From positions 1-64,000 of the forward strand of contig JASLZZ010000077.1 in the NCBI GenBank assembly GCA_030754595.1: a DNA stretch of 64,000 nt, read 5' to 3'. This DNA is from Nitrospinota bacterium (GTDB taxonomy: Bacteria > UBA8248). The position numbers were made by a program, and so were the translations under genes. This document shows, piece by piece, positions 1 to 11,346 of the stretch. Position 1 is the first letter of the stretch. Each line of letters opens with the position of its first letter. Under the pieces are notes generated by a model. It was given only the letters and a program-made list of their open reading frames with translations, did no database searches and was not told the origin of the DNA.

Positions 1-119
1 ACGTTTCGATGGACGTGTCGTTGATCCAGCCCATCGCGATGGAGCGCGAGCTTCGCTTCGCGATCCGCGAGGGCGGGCGCACGGTGGGCGCCGGCGTCGT
101 CACCGAAGTGACCGAGTAG
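1..119 (+). CDS. tuf: Elongation factor Tu, C-terminal end (partial, runs off the window start)
   Basis: Frame 3 reads ...[32 protein letters not shown], the EF-Tu C-terminal signature; TAG at 117-119; directly upstream of rpsJ. Confidence 0.97.
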   Translation, partial: VSMDVSLIQPIAMERELRFAIREGGRTVGAGVVTEVTE

Positions 120-154
120 GCCCCCGAAGGGGGAGAGAGGCAACCCAGGGCACG

Positions 155-460
155 ATGAACCAGAAAATACGGATACGCCTTAAAGCCTACGATCACCGGC
201 TCTTAGACCAGTCTGTGACCGAAATTGTCGAGACGGTGCGCCGTACAGGAGCGGTCCTGGTCGGACCCATTCCCTTGCCCACCACTATCAGTAAATACAC
301 TGTGCTCCGCGGGCCGCATGTACATAAAAAGTCCAGGGAGCAATTCGAAACGCGAACACACAAGCGCCTGGTCGATATCATGGATCCGACCCAGCAAACG
401 GTCGACGCCTTGATGAAGCTCGAATTGGCCGCGGGTGTGGACGTGGAAATCAAACTGTAG
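155..460 (+). CDS. rpsJ: 30S ribosomal protein S10 (uS10)
   Basis: [16 protein letters not shown]...GPIPLPT...SREQFE..THKRL. Confidence 0.99.
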   Translation: MNQKIRIRLKAYDHRLLDQSVTEIVETVRRTGAVLVGPIPLPTTISKYTVLRGPHVHKKSREQFETRTHKRLVDIMDPTQQTVDALMKLELAAGVDVEIKL

Positions 461-476
461 GCAGGGAATTTAGACG

Positions 477-1190
477 ATGGATTTTCTTTTAGGCCGTAAG
501 ATAGGTATGACCAATGTTTTCTCCCCGGACGGAGGAACCATTCCCGTTACGGTGGTGGAGGCGGGCCCATGCACCGTGATTCAGAAAAAAACGGCGGAAA
601 AAGATGGCTACGACGCCCTGCAGCTTGGCTTCACTCCGAGGAAGGAAAAGGGCGTTTCAAAGGCGATGATGGGCCACTTCAAAAAGGCGGGTGTTCAGCC
701 CTTCCGTGTGGTCAGGGAAGTCCCGATCGGCGAGGGCGACGAGGAACTGGAGGTCGGTTCCGTTCTCGATGCCACCGTTTTCGACCGGGGCGACCGCCTC
801 GACGTTACCGGCGTGAACAAGGGCCGCGGTTTTGCCGGCGGGATTAAGCGCCACGGTTTCAGCGGCGGCCCCAAGACCCACGGCGGAATGTTCGACCGGG
901 GGCTCGGCTCGTTGGGAAATGCCGCCTATCCCGGCCGGATCATCAAGGGAAAGAAAATGCCCGGTCACATGGGGAGCGAGCGGGTGACCACCCAGAGCGT
1001 GCTCCTCGTCGACCTGATCCCCGAGGATAATTTGATATTCCTCCGGGGCTCCGTTCCCGGTGCGAACGGTGGAGTCGTTATTCTTCGAAAGAGCGTCAAA
1101 GGCCAGCGGGGCGGCCTTGAAGGGCCAAAGGAGCAGGTTCGTAGCCTGAATCCGCTGAAAGCATCCAAGCGCGCGGCAAGGGGAGGCTGA
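477..1190 (+). CDS. rplC: 50S ribosomal protein L3 (uL3), with C-terminal extension
   Basis: [41 protein letters not shown] motifs; operon position. Confidence 0.99.
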   Translation: MDFLLGRKIGMTNVFSPDGGTIPVTVVEAGPCTVIQKKTAEKDGYDALQLGFTPRKEKGVSKAMMGHFKKAGVQPFRVVREVPIGEGDEELEVGSVLDATVFDRGDRLDVTGVNKGRGFAGGIKRHGFSGGPKTHGGMFDRGLGSLGNAAYPGRIIKGKKMPGHMGSERVTTQSVLLVDLIPEDNLIFLRGSVPGANGGVVILRKSVKGQRGGLEGPKEQVRSLNPLKASKRAARGG

Positions 1191-1198
1191 GGAAAATC

Positions 1199-1825
1199 AT
1201 GCCCCAGGTTGACGTGATGGATCTCGAGGGAAAAGTCGTCGAGCAGGTCGATCTTCCCGAGGCGGTTTTCGACGGTGAGGTGAAGCTCCACCTGATTCAC
1301 CAGATGGTGAAGTACCAGCTCGCCAAGCGCCGCTCGGGTACGCATTCGACGAAAACCCGCAAGGAAGTCAGCGGATCGGGGAGCAAGCCCTGGCGCCAGA
1401 AAGGAACCGGCCGCGCCCGCGCGGGCGACGTCAAGTCAGGCATCTGGCGGCATGGCGGAACGACATTCGGCCCCAAGCCTCGTAGCTACGAGCAGAGGAT
1501 GCCCAAGAAAATGCGCCGGGGCGCCCTCAAGAGCGCGCTTAACCTGAAACTAAAGGAAGGAAAGCTGAGGGTGATCGCGGATTTCGAGCTTTCCGAGCCG
1601 AAGACGAAAACCGTCCTCGGGGCGTTGAATAATCTCGATGCGGCCGGCAAGACGCTGCTTGTTAGCGATGTCGAGCAGCCGAACTTCCTGACGGCGGTGA
1701 GGAATATCCGGACGGCCAAGCCCCTCCGGGTCGAGGGTCTGAACGTTTACGACATCATGTGGCACGAGCATCTTTTGTGCACCAAGGGCGCCCTTGAGGC
1801 GATTGTCCGGAGACTGACGCTGTGA
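1199..1825 (+). CDS. rplD: 50S ribosomal protein L4 (uL4)
   Basis: GTHSTKTRKEVSG..KPWRQKGTGRARAG motif. Confidence 0.99.
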   Translation: MPQVDVMDLEGKVVEQVDLPEAVFDGEVKLHLIHQMVKYQLAKRRSGTHSTKTRKEVSGSGSKPWRQKGTGRARAGDVKSGIWRHGGTTFGPKPRSYEQRMPKKMRRGALKSALNLKLKEGKLRVIADFELSEPKTKTVLGALNNLDAAGKTLLVSDVEQPNFLTAVRNIRTAKPLRVEGLNVYDIMWHEHLLCTKGALEAIVRRLTL

Positions 1826-2115
1826 AAATGGAGCCTACATCGGTTGTCCGGCGGCCCTGCGTGACGGAGAAAAGCGTCATGGGCAGTGAGGAGGCCAACA
1901 AGGTCGTCTTCGATGTCGATAACCGCGCGAATAAGGTGCAAATCAAGGAGGCGGTCGAGCAGCTTTTCAGCGTCACCGTCCTCAAGGTGAACACCATGAT
2001 GATGCCGAGCAAGCGCGTTCGGATGGGCCGCCACTTCGGGATGCGCCCGCCTTGGAAAAAAGCCGTGATCACCCTCAAAGAGGGCGATCATATTGAATTC
2101 TTCGAGTCGGCATAG
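1822..2115 (+). CDS. rplW: 50S ribosomal protein L23 (uL23)
   Basis: [30 protein letters not shown]; alternative ATG at 1828. Confidence 0.98.
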   Translation: MKMEPTSVVRRPCVTEKSVMGSEEANKVVFDVDNRANKVQIKEAVEQLFSVTVLKVNTMMMPSKRVRMGRHFGMRPPWKKAVITLKEGDHIEFFESA

Positions 2116-2132
2116 GACGCCTGGAGAAGAGG

Positions 2133-2963
2133 ATGCCACTCAAAAAATTTAAACCGACATCGCCGGGCCGGCGCTTCATGGCTATTCTCACCCGGGACGA
2201 AATTACCCGGGAGAGGCCCGAAAAATCCCTCACCCGTGGTCTGAGCAAGTCGGGTGGCCGGAACAATAACGGGAGGACAACCACCTTTTGGCGTGGCGGC
2301 GGACACAAGCGGCGTTACCGGTCCATCGATTTCATCCGCGACAAACACGGGATCCCCGCCGTGGTTCGGACTATCGAATACGACCCGAACCGCTCGGCCC
2401 GCGTGGCCCTGCTCGTTTACCGCGACGGGGAGAAACGCTACATCGTCGCGCCGGACGGGCTTCAGGTCGGTCAGGAGGTCGTTTCGGGTCCCGATGCGGA
2501 CGTGAAAATGGGCAACGCCCTGCCCATTTCCAATATTCCCGACGGGACGGTGTGCCATAACATCGAGATGAAGCCGGGCAAAGGGGCGCAAATCGCCCGG
2601 AGCGCCGGAACCAGCGCGCAGCTGATGGCCAAGGAGGGCGAATACGCGACATTCCGCCTCACCTCCGGCGAAATGCGGATGATCCTCACGCGGTGTTACG
2701 CCACCATCGGCGAAGCGGGCAACTCGGATCATTCGAACGTCAGCATGGGCAAGGCGGGCCGCAATAGGTGGCTCGGCCGAAGGCCTCATGTACGCGGCGT
2801 CGCCATGAATCCCGTCGACCACCCCTTGGGCGGCGGCGAGGGGAAAAGCTCGGGCGGGCGCCACCCCGCCACCCCTTGGGGTAAGCCGACGAAGGGCTAC
2901 AAGACCCGAAGGAAAAACAACCCTTCCTCGAAATTCATCGTTCGGCGAAGAGGCAAGAAATAA
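2133..2963 (+). CDS. rplB: 50S ribosomal protein L2 (uL2)
   Basis: [33 protein letters not shown]. Confidence 0.99.
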   Translation: MPLKKFKPTSPGRRFMAILTRDEITRERPEKSLTRGLSKSGGRNNNGRTTTFWRGGGHKRRYRSIDFIRDKHGIPAVVRTIEYDPNRSARVALLVYRDGEKRYIVAPDGLQVGQEVVSGPDADVKMGNALPISNIPDGTVCHNIEMKPGKGAQIARSAGTSAQLMAKEGEYATFRLTSGEMRMILTRCYATIGEAGNSDHSNVSMGKAGRNRWLGRRPHVRGVAMNPVDHPLGGGEGKSSGGRHPATPWGKPTKGYKTRRKNNPSSKFIVRRRGKK

Positions 2964-2990
2964 CCGTTTTGAAAGAGCTGGAGGAGAAGG

Positions 2991-3275
2991 ATGTCTCGCT
3001 CACTGCATAAAGGCCCGTTTATCGACGACCACCTTCGGAAGAAGGTCGAAGCCCAGTCCGGCAGCAACGATAAGCGGATGATTCGAACCTGGTCCCGGCG
3101 TTCGACGATTGTTCCCGAGTTTGTCGGGTTTACGTTCGCCGTGCATAACGGGAAGAAGTTCATCCCCGTTTACGTGACCGAAAACATGGTCGGATTCAAG
3201 CTGGGGGATTTCTCCCCGACCCGGACCTATCGTGGCCACTCCGGGATTACCAAGCGTCAGATAACGCTGAAGTAA
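2991..3275 (+). CDS. rpsS: 30S ribosomal protein S19 (uS19)
   Basis: [36 protein letters not shown]. Confidence 0.99.
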   Translation: MSRSLHKGPFIDDHLRKKVEAQSGSNDKRMIRTWSRRSTIVPEFVGFTFAVHNGKKFIPVYVTENMVGFKLGDFSPTRTYRGHSGITKRQITLK

Positions 3276-3296
3276 TCCGGTTTCGTTTGAGGCGAA

Positions 3297-3635
3297 GTGA
3301 TGTCCAAAGCGGTGCTAAAGCATTACCGGGCGAAGCCGAGGAAGACCCGTCAGCTGGCCGACATGGTCCGCGGCAAAAGGGTGTCCGAGGCGCTGATCCT
3401 CCTTCAGCTATCAACCCGGGCCGCTTCGCTGGACCTGGAGAAACTGATCCGCTCCGCGCTCGCCAATGCGGCCGATAAGGGCGAAAACGACGATCCCGAC
3501 GCCCTGATCGTGCATAGCGTCACGGTGGATCAGGGACCCACGCTCAAGCGTTTCCGCCCCCGGGCACGTGGCCGCGTGGGCAAGATATTGAAGCGGACCT
3601 GTCACATTCAGGTCGTTCTCGACGAGTCGAAATAG
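3297..3635 (+). CDS. rplV: 50S ribosomal protein L22 (uL22)
   Basis: [31 protein letters not shown]. Confidence 0.98.
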   Translation: MMSKAVLKHYRAKPRKTRQLADMVRGKRVSEALILLQLSTRAASLDLEKLIRSALANAADKGENDDPDALIVHSVTVDQGPTLKRFRPRARGRVGKILKRTCHIQVVLDESK

Positions 3636-3645
3636 AGGAGCGCGT

Positions 3646-4320
3646 ATGGGACAGAAAGTTCATCCGGTCGGTTTCCGTGTCGGAATTACCAGGGGATGGC
3701 AGTCCACCTGGTTCGCCAACCGTTATTTTGCGGATCTGCTTCACGACGATTTGAAGATTCGAAAGTTCGTCAAGGAACGCCTCACGCATGCGGGCGTGAG
3801 CAACGTGGAGATCGAACGGGCGAGCAACCACGCACGGATTAATATATGGACATCACGCCCGGGGATCATTATTGGTAAGCGCGGTTCCGAGGTGGATAAG
3901 CTCAAGGCAGAGCTTCAGCAGCTCACGGGTAACCAGGTCTACGTGAATATCAAGGAAGTCCGTAAGGCCGAGATGGACGCTCAGCTCGTAGCGGAGAATA
4001 TCGGCATGCAGCTGGAGCGCCGGATCGCCTTTCGCCGCGCGATGAAAAAATCCGTCGTTTCGGCCATGCGCTTCGGGGCAAAGGGCGTGAAGATTCAGTG
4101 CTCGGGCCGTCTCGGTGGCGCGGAAATCGCGCGGACCGAGTGGTACCGGGAAGGGCGTGTCCCGCTGGGTACGCTTCGCGCTGACATTGATTACGGGGTT
4201 GCCGAGGCGATGTCGACCTACGGGGTAATCGGCGTAAAGGTGTGGATTTTCCGTGGAGAGATGATTCGTACTCCGAGGAGGCGCCCCGCCTCGGAAGTGC
4301 CTACGGGCAAGGACTCATAA
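3646..4320 (+). CDS. rpsC: 30S ribosomal protein S3 (uS3)
   Basis: [49 protein letters not shown]. Confidence 0.99.
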   Translation: MGQKVHPVGFRVGITRGWQSTWFANRYFADLLHDDLKIRKFVKERLTHAGVSNVEIERASNHARINIWTSRPGIIIGKRGSEVDKLKAELQQLTGNQVYVNIKEVRKAEMDAQLVAENIGMQLERRIAFRRAMKKSVVSAMRFGAKGVKIQCSGRLGGAEIARTEWYREGRVPLGTLRADIDYGVAEAMSTYGVIGVKVWIFRGEMIRTPRRRPASEVPTGKDS

Positions 4321-4335
4321 GGAGCGGTTGGCGCT

Positions 4336-4743
4336 ATGCTTCAGCCCAAGCGGACAAAATTTCGGAAGCAGATGAAGGGCCGCACGCGCGGAAAGGCCCG
4401 TGCTGGAAACACCCTCGCTTTTGGGAGTTTCGGCCTCCAGACGCTGGAAACCGTGCGGCTCACAGCCCGCCAGATCGAAGCGGCCCGAATCGCCATGACG
4501 CGCCACGTGAAAAGGGGTGGGCGTATCTGGATCCGCATTTTCCCGGACAAGCCGGTGTGCAAGAAACCGGCCGAGGTCAGGATGGGCAAGGGCAAGGGAA
4601 CTCCCGAGTTCTGGGTCGCCCCTTGCCGGGCGGGCCGGATTCTCTATGAACTCGACGGTGTTCCCGCCGATGTGGCCAAGGAAGCCCTCCGTTTGGCCGG
4701 GCGCAAGCTTCCGTGCAAGACGCGTTTTGTGACGGTTTCGTAA
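4336..4743 (+). CDS. rplP: 50S ribosomal protein L16 (uL16)
   Basis: [26 protein letters not shown]. Confidence 0.99.
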   Translation: MLQPKRTKFRKQMKGRTRGKARAGNTLAFGSFGLQTLETVRLTARQIEAARIAMTRHVKRGGRIWIRIFPDKPVCKKPAEVRMGKGKGTPEFWVAPCRAGRILYELDGVPADVAKEALRLAGRKLPCKTRFVTVS

Positions 4744-4754
4744 GGATATTACCC

Positions 4755-4973
4755 ATGAAGATGACCGAAGTCCGGGAGTTGGCCGCCGCCGAACTCGAGG
4801 AGAAAGAGCGCGAGCTGCGGACCGAGCTTTTTAACCTCAAGTTTCGCAAGGCGTCGGGTCAGCTGGACAATACGGCGCAGATTCGCAACATCCGCCGCGA
4901 TCTGGCGAGATTTGTCCATTCGAAAAACGAGAGGTGGGGCCAGGCGGCCGATGCTTCTTCGGAGGAGAACTAG
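4755..4973 (+). CDS. rpmC: 50S ribosomal protein L29 (uL29)
   Basis: MKMTEVREL...ELFNLKFRKASGQLDNTAQIRNIRRDLAR; ATG at 4755 after AAGGA. Confidence 0.96.
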   Translation: MKMTEVRELAAAELEEKERELRTELFNLKFRKASGQLDNTAQIRNIRRDLARFVHSKNERWGQAADASSEEN

Positions 4974-4975
4974 AC

Positions 4976-5236
4976 ATGGCTGATGAACGCGGCCGCCGCA
5001 AGGTGCGAAGCGGAATTGTCGTGAGCGACAAGATGGACAAGACCGTTACGGTCGAGGTCGTTCGGACCTTTCAGCACACCACTTTTAAGCGCGTGGTGCG
5101 AAGGCGGAAAAAATATTTGATCCACGACGTGGAGAATACGTTGAAGGCCGGCGACCGGGTACGGATTATCGAAACCCGCCCGCTCAGCAAAAGAAAGCGG
5201 TGGCGGTTGCTCGATGTTATCGATCGCGCGGTTTAG
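4976..5236 (+). CDS. rpsQ: 30S ribosomal protein S17 (uS17)
   Basis: GIVVSDKMDKTVTV, GDRVRIIETRPLSKRKRW; ATG at 4976 after GGAGGAG. Confidence 0.98.
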   Translation: MADERGRRKVRSGIVVSDKMDKTVTVEVVRTFQHTTFKRVVRRRKKYLIHDVENTLKAGDRVRIIETRPLSKRKRWRLLDVIDRAV

Positions 5237-5260
5237 GGCGTACAAGAGAAGGGTCGACCC

Positions 5261-5629
5261 GTGATACAGATGCAGACCAACTGCAGTGTGGCGGACAACT
5301 CGGGAGCCAAGCGCGCCCAGTGCATCAAGGTGCTCGGTGGCTCGAGAAGGCGCTATGCCCGTGTCGGCGACATCATCGTCATTTCGGTGAAAGAGGCCGC
5401 GCCCAACAGCCAGGTGAAAAAGGGCGAGGTTCGCCGGGCCGTTGTGGTCCGCACCACCAAGGAAACTGGCCGCGACGACGGCACCTATATTCGCTTTGAC
5501 GACAACGCCGTTGTACTTATCAACGATGCGCGCGAGCCGGTCGGCACGCGTATTTTCGGGCCCGTAGCCCGGGAGCTGAGGCGGAAGCGGTTCATACGAA
5601 TCGTCTCCCTGGCTCCGGAAGTTCTTTGA
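5261..5629 (+). CDS. rplN: 50S ribosomal protein L14 (uL14)
   Basis: [37 protein letters not shown]. Confidence 0.99.
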   Translation: MIQMQTNCSVADNSGAKRAQCIKVLGGSRRRYARVGDIIVISVKEAAPNSQVKKGEVRRAVVVRTTKETGRDDGTYIRFDDNAVVLINDAREPVGTRIFGPVARELRRKRFIRIVSLAPEVL

Positions 5630-5639
5630 GGCCTGTGGA

Positions 5640-5975
5640 ATGGGAAAAAACAGTAAAACGCACGTGAAAAAAGGCGATACCGTTGAAGTGATTGCTGGTC
5701 GCGATAAGGGAAAGCGCGGGAAAATCCTTCACGTTTTAAAGAGCCAGAACCGGGTCATCGTCGAGAAGATTCACATGATGAAGCGCCACACGAAGCCGAC
5801 CCAGACCAACCAGCAAGGCGGCATCATCGAGCGCGAGGGCAAGATTCACATCAGTAACGTGATGCCCGTCGATCCGAAGTCCGGAAAACCTTCCCGGGTG
5901 AAAAGAAGACGCCTTGAGGACGGCACCCGGGTCCGCGTTACACAGCGCAGCGGCGAGCTGCTCGATACGGTATAA
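5640..5975 (+). CDS. rplX: 50S ribosomal protein L24 (uL24)
   Basis: [19 protein letters not shown] (KOW motif), [15 protein letters not shown]. Confidence 0.99.
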   Translation: MGKNSKTHVKKGDTVEVIAGRDKGKRGKILHVLKSQNRVIVEKIHMMKRHTKPTQTNQQGGIIEREGKIHISNVMPVDPKSGKPSRVKRRRLEDGTRVRVTQRSGELLDTV

Positions 5976-5985
5976 GGGCTGAAAA

Positions 5986-6537
5986 ATGGCGTATGTGCCT
6001 GAAATGCTTCAAAAATATCGCGACCAGGTGGTTCCCGAACTTCAAAAAGAGTTCGGCTACAAGAACATCATGCAGGTGCCCAAGCTGGTCAAGGTGACTC
6101 TGAACATGGGTCTGGGAGAGGCGGTGGCTACCGCCTCGGCTCTCGAGCAGGGCCTGGAGCAGTTGACTGTAATAGCGGGACAAAAACCCGTTGTCACGAA
6201 AGCGAAAAAATCAATCGCCAACTTCAAGCTTCGCGCGGGGATGTCTATCGGCGCGATGGTGACACTTCGTCATGTGCCGATGTGGGACTTTTTCAGCCGC
6301 CTGGTGAACGTCGCCCTCCCCCGTGTCCGGGATTTCCGGGGGCTGAGCCCCAAGTCGTTCGATGGCCGCGGGAATTTTAGCCTCGGAATCCGGGATCAGG
6401 TGATCTTCCCCGAGGTCGATGTGGATAAAATCGACCACACGAGGGGCTTGGGCGTGGTTATCAACACATCGGCGAATTCCGACGAGGAAGGCAGGGCGCT
6501 ACTCCGCCTTCTGGGCGTTCCTTTCAGAGAGTCCTAG
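5986..6537 (+). CDS. rplE: 50S ribosomal protein L5 (uL5)
   Basis: [38 protein letters not shown]. Confidence 0.99.
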   Translation: MAYVPEMLQKYRDQVVPELQKEFGYKNIMQVPKLVKVTLNMGLGEAVATASALEQGLEQLTVIAGQKPVVTKAKKSIANFKLRAGMSIGAMVTLRHVPMWDFFSRLVNVALPRVRDFRGLSPKSFDGRGNFSLGIRDQVIFPEVDVDKIDHTRGLGVVINTSANSDEEGRALLRLLGVPFRES

Positions 6538-6548
6538 CAGGAGAGAAC

Positions 6549-6734
6549 GTGGCTAAGAAGTGCTTGGTTGCGAAGCAAAAGAAAACCCCGAAATTTACTG
6601 TCCGGGCCTACAACCGGTGCCTGAGATGCGGGCGGCCCCGCGGCTACCTGCGCCGGTTCAAGCTCTGCCGGATATGCTTCCGGGAACTGGCTCTGAGAGG
6701 CGAGATCCCCGGGGTGACGAAATCGAGTTGGTAG
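6549..6734 (+). CDS. rpsN: 30S ribosomal protein S14, 61-aa zinc-binding type Z
   Basis: [11 protein letters not shown]...[21 protein letters not shown]; two CxxC pairs. Confidence 0.98.
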   Translation: MAKKCLVAKQKKTPKFTVRAYNRCLRCGRPRGYLRRFKLCRICFRELALRGEIPGVTKSSW

Positions 6735-6750
6735 ACGGAGAAACGACCAA

Positions 6751-7146
6751 ATGAGTATGACCGATCCTATCGCCGATATGCTCACCCGGATTCGCAACGG
6801 CCTTCAGGCGGGGCACACGAAAGTGGAAATTCCGGGGAGCGGCCAGAAAAAACAGATCGCTGGCCTGCTTCACGCCCAAGGGTTCATTAAAAGCTACAAC
6901 ATGGCCCCCGGCCACTTGGGGCGCGACAACATCGTAGTGGAGTTCAAGGATAACGCCAAAAAGGTTTTGACCGGGCTCAAACGCATCAGCAAGCCGGGCC
7001 GAAGGGTTTATGTGGGCAAGGAAGAAATTCCGAAAGTGTTGAACGGCATGGGCGTTGCCATAATTTCCACCTCCAAAGGCCTGATGACGGACGAAGAAGC
7101 GCGCCAGGCGGGGGTAGGCGGCGAATACGTTTGCGAGATTTGGTGA
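6751..7146 (+). CDS. rpsH: 30S ribosomal protein S8 (uS8)
   Basis: MTDPIADMLTRIRN, RISKPGRRVY, ISTSKGLMT. Confidence 0.99.
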   Translation: MSMTDPIADMLTRIRNGLQAGHTKVEIPGSGQKKQIAGLLHAQGFIKSYNMAPGHLGRDNIVVEFKDNAKKVLTGLKRISKPGRRVYVGKEEIPKVLNGMGVAIISTSKGLMTDEEARQAGVGGEYVCEIW

Positions 7147-7156
7147 GGGCTGTTCG

Positions 7157-7702
7157 ATGTCGCGCATAGGAAGAATGCCGATCCCCATTCCCGATGGAGT
7201 GGAGGTGAAGATTGACGGCACGGCGGTAACCGTGAAGGGCCCCAAGGGAACCCTTAACCGTGAGCTTCATCCCAGGCCGAAACTCGAGATTGTGGACGGC
7301 CAGATAATCGTCACCCGGCCCTCCGAGTCGAGGCAAGATAAGTCGCTTCACGGTCTGACGCGATCTCTTGTCGCCAACATGGTCGAAGGCGTGACGAAAG
7401 GCTACGAAAAAGAGCTTGAGATCATTGGCCTTGGATACCGCGTCGAGGCCGACGGCAAGGGGTTGATTCTCAATGTCGGCTATTCGCATTCAGTGAAGAT
7501 AGCGCCGATCGGGGGGATCGATTTCGAGGTTCAAAGTGATCGGCAGCGCAACGCCATCAAGGTGAAGGGCATCGACAAGGAAGTTGTCGGGTTTGTCGCT
7601 GCGGAGATTCGCCGCGTAAAGCCCCCCGAGCCCTACAAGGGCAAGGGAATCCGGTATGTTGGCGAATACGTTCGGCGCAAAGTGGGTAAAGCGGGCGTTT
7701 AG
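7157..7702 (+). CDS. rplF: 50S ribosomal protein L6 (uL6)
   Basis: MSRIGRMPI, VKGPKG, PPEPYKGKGIRY. Confidence 0.99.
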   Translation: MSRIGRMPIPIPDGVEVKIDGTAVTVKGPKGTLNRELHPRPKLEIVDGQIIVTRPSESRQDKSLHGLTRSLVANMVEGVTKGYEKELEIIGLGYRVEADGKGLILNVGYSHSVKIAPIGGIDFEVQSDRQRNAIKVKGIDKEVVGFVAAEIRRVKPPEPYKGKGIRYVGEYVRRKVGKAGV

Positions 7703-7711
7703 CCTGGAAGG

Positions 7712-8092
7712 ATGGTTGTGGTGGCAAAAAAAACAAAACGTGAATCCTGGCTCGGAAGGAAGAACCGGGTGCGGAAGAAGGCCAGGGGTGATCAGGAGAA
7801 GCCCCGGCTCGCCGTTTACCGGAGCGGGAAGCACATTTACGCCCAGATAATCGATGATATCGCCGGGACTACCGTCACGGCTGCTTCTTCCCGCGAGAAG
7901 GAGTTTTTGTCCTCGGCCGGCGATTCAAAAGGTAGCGACAAGGACGGGGCCGGTAAGGTTGGAACGCTGCTCGGCGAACGGGCCAAGGCGAAAGGCGTCG
8001 AGCGGGTTGTCTTTGACCGGAACGGTTTTCTCTATCATGGCCGCGTGAAAGCCCTGGCGGATGCGGTTCGCGAAGAGGGAGTGAAGTTCTGA
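7712..8092 (+). CDS. rplR: 50S ribosomal protein L18 (uL18)
   Basis: [38 protein letters not shown]. Confidence 0.98.
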   Translation: MVVVAKKTKRESWLGRKNRVRKKARGDQEKPRLAVYRSGKHIYAQIIDDIAGTTVTAASSREKEFLSSAGDSKGSDKDGAGKVGTLLGERAKAKGVERVVFDRNGFLYHGRVKALADAVREEGVKF

Positions 8093-8652
8093 TGGCGGCA
8101 CAGGAACCCGATAGAAGAAGACGGAGAAACAATAAAAAAGACGAAGCCTCCGGAGACGAGCGCGATTTTGTAGACCGGGTCATTTACATCAACCGGGTCG
8201 CGAAGGTCGTCAAGGGCGGAAGGCGCTTTAGCTTCAGCGCGCTGGTGGCCGTGGGCGACCGCAAGGGGAATGTGGGCATCGGATTGGGCAAGGCGAACGA
8301 AGTGCCCGAAGCGATTCGAAAGGGTGTCGAGAAGGCGCGCAAAGCAATGGTTCCGGTGGCGCTGGCCGACGGTACGATTCCGCACAAGGTTCTCGGGCAC
8401 TACGGCGCCGGGCGGGTGCTGCTCAAGCCAGCGTCCCGCGGGACCGGAGTCATCGCCGGCGGCCCGATCAGGGCGGTGCTGGACGTAGCGGGTGTCCGCG
8501 ACATCCTGACAAAGTGCATCGGGACCCGGAACCCGCACAATGCGGCGAAAGCGACGCTCCAGGGCTTGAGGTCGCTCCGGACGATGGAGGAAGTCATGAA
8601 ATTGCGCGGCCTTGAGATGCCTTCCCCGGAAGAAACTCCGGTCGAAGCTTAA
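8092..8652 (+). CDS. rpsE: 30S ribosomal protein S5 (uS5)
   Basis: [29 protein letters not shown]. Confidence 0.99.
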   Translation: MAAQEPDRRRRRNNKKDEASGDERDFVDRVIYINRVAKVVKGGRRFSFSALVAVGDRKGNVGIGLGKANEVPEAIRKGVEKARKAMVPVALADGTIPHKVLGHYGAGRVLLKPASRGTGVIAGGPIRAVLDVAGVRDILTKCIGTRNPHNAAKATLQGLRSLRTMEEVMKLRGLEMPSPEETPVEA

Positions 8653-8673
8653 AGGATTGGGAGAGGCGGAACC

Positions 8674-8856
8674 GTGGCGAATCAGGTGAGAGTCACTTTG
8701 CGCAAGAGCCCCATCGGCTACAACAAAAAGGTGCGCGAGGTTCTGCGCGGCCTCGGGCTGAGGAAGTTGAATTCGACTACGGTGCGAACGGATTGTCCAT
8801 CGATACGCGGGATGATTTTCAAGGTGAAGCACCTTCTCGAAGTCGAGGATGTTTAG
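8674..8856 (+). CDS. rpmD: 50S ribosomal protein L30 (uL30)
   Basis: VTLRKSPIG, LGLRKLN, IRGMIFKVKHLL. Confidence 0.97.
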   Translation: MANQVRVTLRKSPIGYNKKVREVLRGLGLRKLNSTTVRTDCPSIRGMIFKVKHLLEVEDV

Positions 8857-8894
8857 GCGTTGCGGCGTTTGGCGGCGTAGGAGGATTTTGAAAA

Positions 8895-9392
8895 TTGGCT
8901 TCTGAGGACGATTTCACGCGGCTGGGGGACCTGAGGGCGACGCCGGGAGCGACGCGCCAGAGGACCCGTGTGGGCCGGGGCACAGGATCGGGTCACGGCA
9001 AAACCTCCCGCCGGGGGCATAAGGGCCAGCAATCGCGGTCGGGGTATTCGAAGAAGCCCGGTTTCGAGGGAGGGCAGATGCCCCTACAGCGGCGGCTCCC
9101 CAAGCGCGGGTTCAGGAATATCTTCAAGAAGGAATACTCCGAGGTGAATGTCGGGAAACTGGCGCGCTTCGATGCGGGCGTGGCGGTGGACGCCGCCGCC
9201 CTCGAGGCCTCCGGCGTGGTCCGCAAGCTGGCCGCCGACGGGGTGAGGCTGCTCGGCTCGGGCTCCATCGACCGCGCTCTGACCATAAAGGTTCAGGGCT
9301 GCAGCGAATCGGCCCGAAGGAAAGTGGAAGCGGCGGGCGGAAGCGTGGAAATCGTTCCTTTTAGGGCAGAGAAAAAGGATTCCAGCGCGTGA
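8895..9392 (+). CDS. rplO: 50S ribosomal protein L15 (uL15)
   Basis: [31 protein letters not shown]. Confidence 0.99.
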   Translation: MASEDDFTRLGDLRATPGATRQRTRVGRGTGSGHGKTSRRGHKGQQSRSGYSKKPGFEGGQMPLQRRLPKRGFRNIFKKEYSEVNVGKLARFDAGVAVDAAALEASGVVRKLAADGVRLLGSGSIDRALTIKVQGCSESARRKVEAAGGSVEIVPFRAEKKDSSA

Positions 9393-10711
9393 GAGAGGCC
9401 GGCGTCGGAAATATTTTCCAGATCCCCGAGCTGAAGAACAGGGTTCTCTTCTCTTTGGCTCTGCTGGCGGTCTACCGGATCGGTGTTCATGTCCCCACTC
9501 CGGGGATCGATACGGTCGCTCTGGCTGCTTTTTTCTCGGAGCTCAGGGGCGGCGGAAGCACGATCATGCAGTTTTTCGATCTCTTCACCGGCGGGGCGCT
9601 CAGCCAGGTGACAATATTCGCTCTCGGAATTATGCCCTACATCAGCTCGTCCATTATTTTGGAGCTTTTGACGGTGGTCATCCCCCACCTCGAGCGTCTC
9701 AAGAAAGAGGGCGAGGCCGGGCGGAAGAAAATCAACCAGTACACCCGGTACGGGACGGTGCTTCTTTCCACGGTCCAGGGATTCGGAATCGCTGTCGGCA
9801 TAGAACAGATGCAGGCGCCGACGGGCGCGCTCGTCGTTCCCGAGCCGGGATGGGCGTTCCGGGCGATGACGGTGCTCACCCTCGTCGCGGGGACTTCTTT
9901 TATCATGTGGCTCGGAGAGCAGATTACCGAGCGGGGAATCGGAAACGGAATATCCCTGATCATTTTCGCCGGAATCGTGGCGGGCCTCCCGAGCGCGATT
10001 ATCAACTCTCTTCGCTTGATGGGCACGGGGGAAATCCTTCCGTTTGTCATGATTTTAATCATTGTCGGCATGGTGGGGGTGGTTGGCCTGGTGGTTTGGT
10101 TCGAAACGAGCCAGCGAAGAATACGGGTGCAGTACGCCAAGCGGATGGTGGGCCGGAAGATGGCCGGAGGCCAAGAGACCCACCTTCCCCTGAAGGTGAA
10201 CACCTCCGGCGTTATCCCGCCGATATTCGCGAGTTCACTCATATTGTTTCCGGCGACTATAGCCCAGTTTTCAAACGTTCCCTGGATGAATCAAGTCAGC
10301 CAGATGCTGACGCCCGGAAACGCCCTTTACGTGATATTGACTGTGAGTTTCATCTTTTTCTTCGCCTATTTTTATACGTCGATCATTTTTAACCCGATGG
10401 ATGTGGCGGACAACCTTCGCAAGTACGGTGGATTTATTCCGGGGAGGCGGCCGGGAAGGCCGACGGCCGACTTCATCGACCGCACCTTGACCCGGCTTAC
10501 TTTCATCGGCGCAATTTATTTGAGTTTAATCGTTATTCTGCCGACATATTTGATTCAGTGGTTCAACGTTCCTTTCTTTTTCGGAGGGACCGCGTTATTA
10601 ATCGTTGTCGGTGTTGCGGTGGATACTCAGAGACAGATCGAAAGCCATCTCGTCATGCGCAATTATGAAGGATTCCTCAAAAAAAGCAGGGTCCGGGGGA
10701 GGACGGTTTAG
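9389..10711 (+). CDS. secY: Preprotein translocase subunit SecY
   Basis: [54 protein letters not shown]. Confidence 0.99.
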   Translation: MREAGVGNIFQIPELKNRVLFSLALLAVYRIGVHVPTPGIDTVALAAFFSELRGGGSTIMQFFDLFTGGALSQVTIFALGIMPYISSSIILELLTVVIPHLERLKKEGEAGRKKINQYTRYGTVLLSTVQGFGIAVGIEQMQAPTGALVVPEPGWAFRAMTVLTLVAGTSFIMWLGEQITERGIGNGISLIIFAGIVAGLPSAIINSLRLMGTGEILPFVMILIIVGMVGVVGLVVWFETSQRRIRVQYAKRMVGRKMAGGQETHLPLKVNTSGVIPPIFASSLILFPATIAQFSNVPWMNQVSQMLTPGNALYVILTVSFIFFFAYFYTSIIFNPMDVADNLRKYGGFIPGRRPGRPTADFIDRTLTRLTFIGAIYLSLIVILPTYLIQWFNVPFFFGGTALLIVVGVAVDTQRQIESHLVMRNYEGFLKKSRVRGRTV

Positions 10712-10713
10712 TT

Positions 10714-11346
10714 TTGAGAATAGTTTTATTGGGTCCTCCGGGTTCGGGAAAAGGAACACAGGGCGTTCGGCTGAGTGAAATTTATAATATACCGCAGATT
10801 TCCACTGGCGATATGCTCCGGAAAGCGGTGGCGGATGAAGCGGCTTTGGGCAAGAAAGTGCAGGAAATCATCCAGGGTGGGATGCTTGTGCCGGATGATC
10901 TGATTGTGTCCATTATCGAGGAAAGAATTTCCCAGGAGGATTGCAGCGAAGGGTTTATTCTGGACGGATTTCCTCGGACAGTCGATCAGGCCGATGCATT
11001 GGAGAGGGTTTTGCCTGGAAGCGTTGATGTAACGGTATATTTGAATGTGCCGGCCGAGGAGGTGATTGATCGGCTTTCCGGCCGTTTGACCTGCCGCGAG
11101 TGCGGAGCCGTTTTCCCCAAAAGGGATATTTCGCCCTGTCCGGTGTGCGCCGGCGCCCTCTATCAGAGGGAAGACGATCAGAAGAGCACGGTTGAGCACC
11201 GTATTGGGGTGTATATGAAGCATACAGCGCCTTTGGTGGATTTCTACCGCTCGCGCAACAAGCTCGCCGAGATTAACGGAACGGGCGAACCGGATGATGT
11301 CTTCGAGCGGATCGAAGCCGAAGTATCTGAGGTGATTTCGAAATGA
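10714..11346 (+). CDS. adk: Adenylate kinase (zinc-type LID, shortened)
   Basis: GPPGSGKGTQ P-loop, ISTGDMLR, GFILDGFPRT. Confidence 0.98.
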   Translation: MRIVLLGPPGSGKGTQGVRLSEIYNIPQISTGDMLRKAVADEAALGKKVQEIIQGGMLVPDDLIVSIIEERISQEDCSEGFILDGFPRTVDQADALERVLPGSVDVTVYLNVPAEEVIDRLSGRLTCRECGAVFPKRDISPCPVCAGALYQREDDQKSTVEHRIGVYMKHTAPLVDFYRSRNKLAEINGTGEPDDVFERIEAEVSEVISK

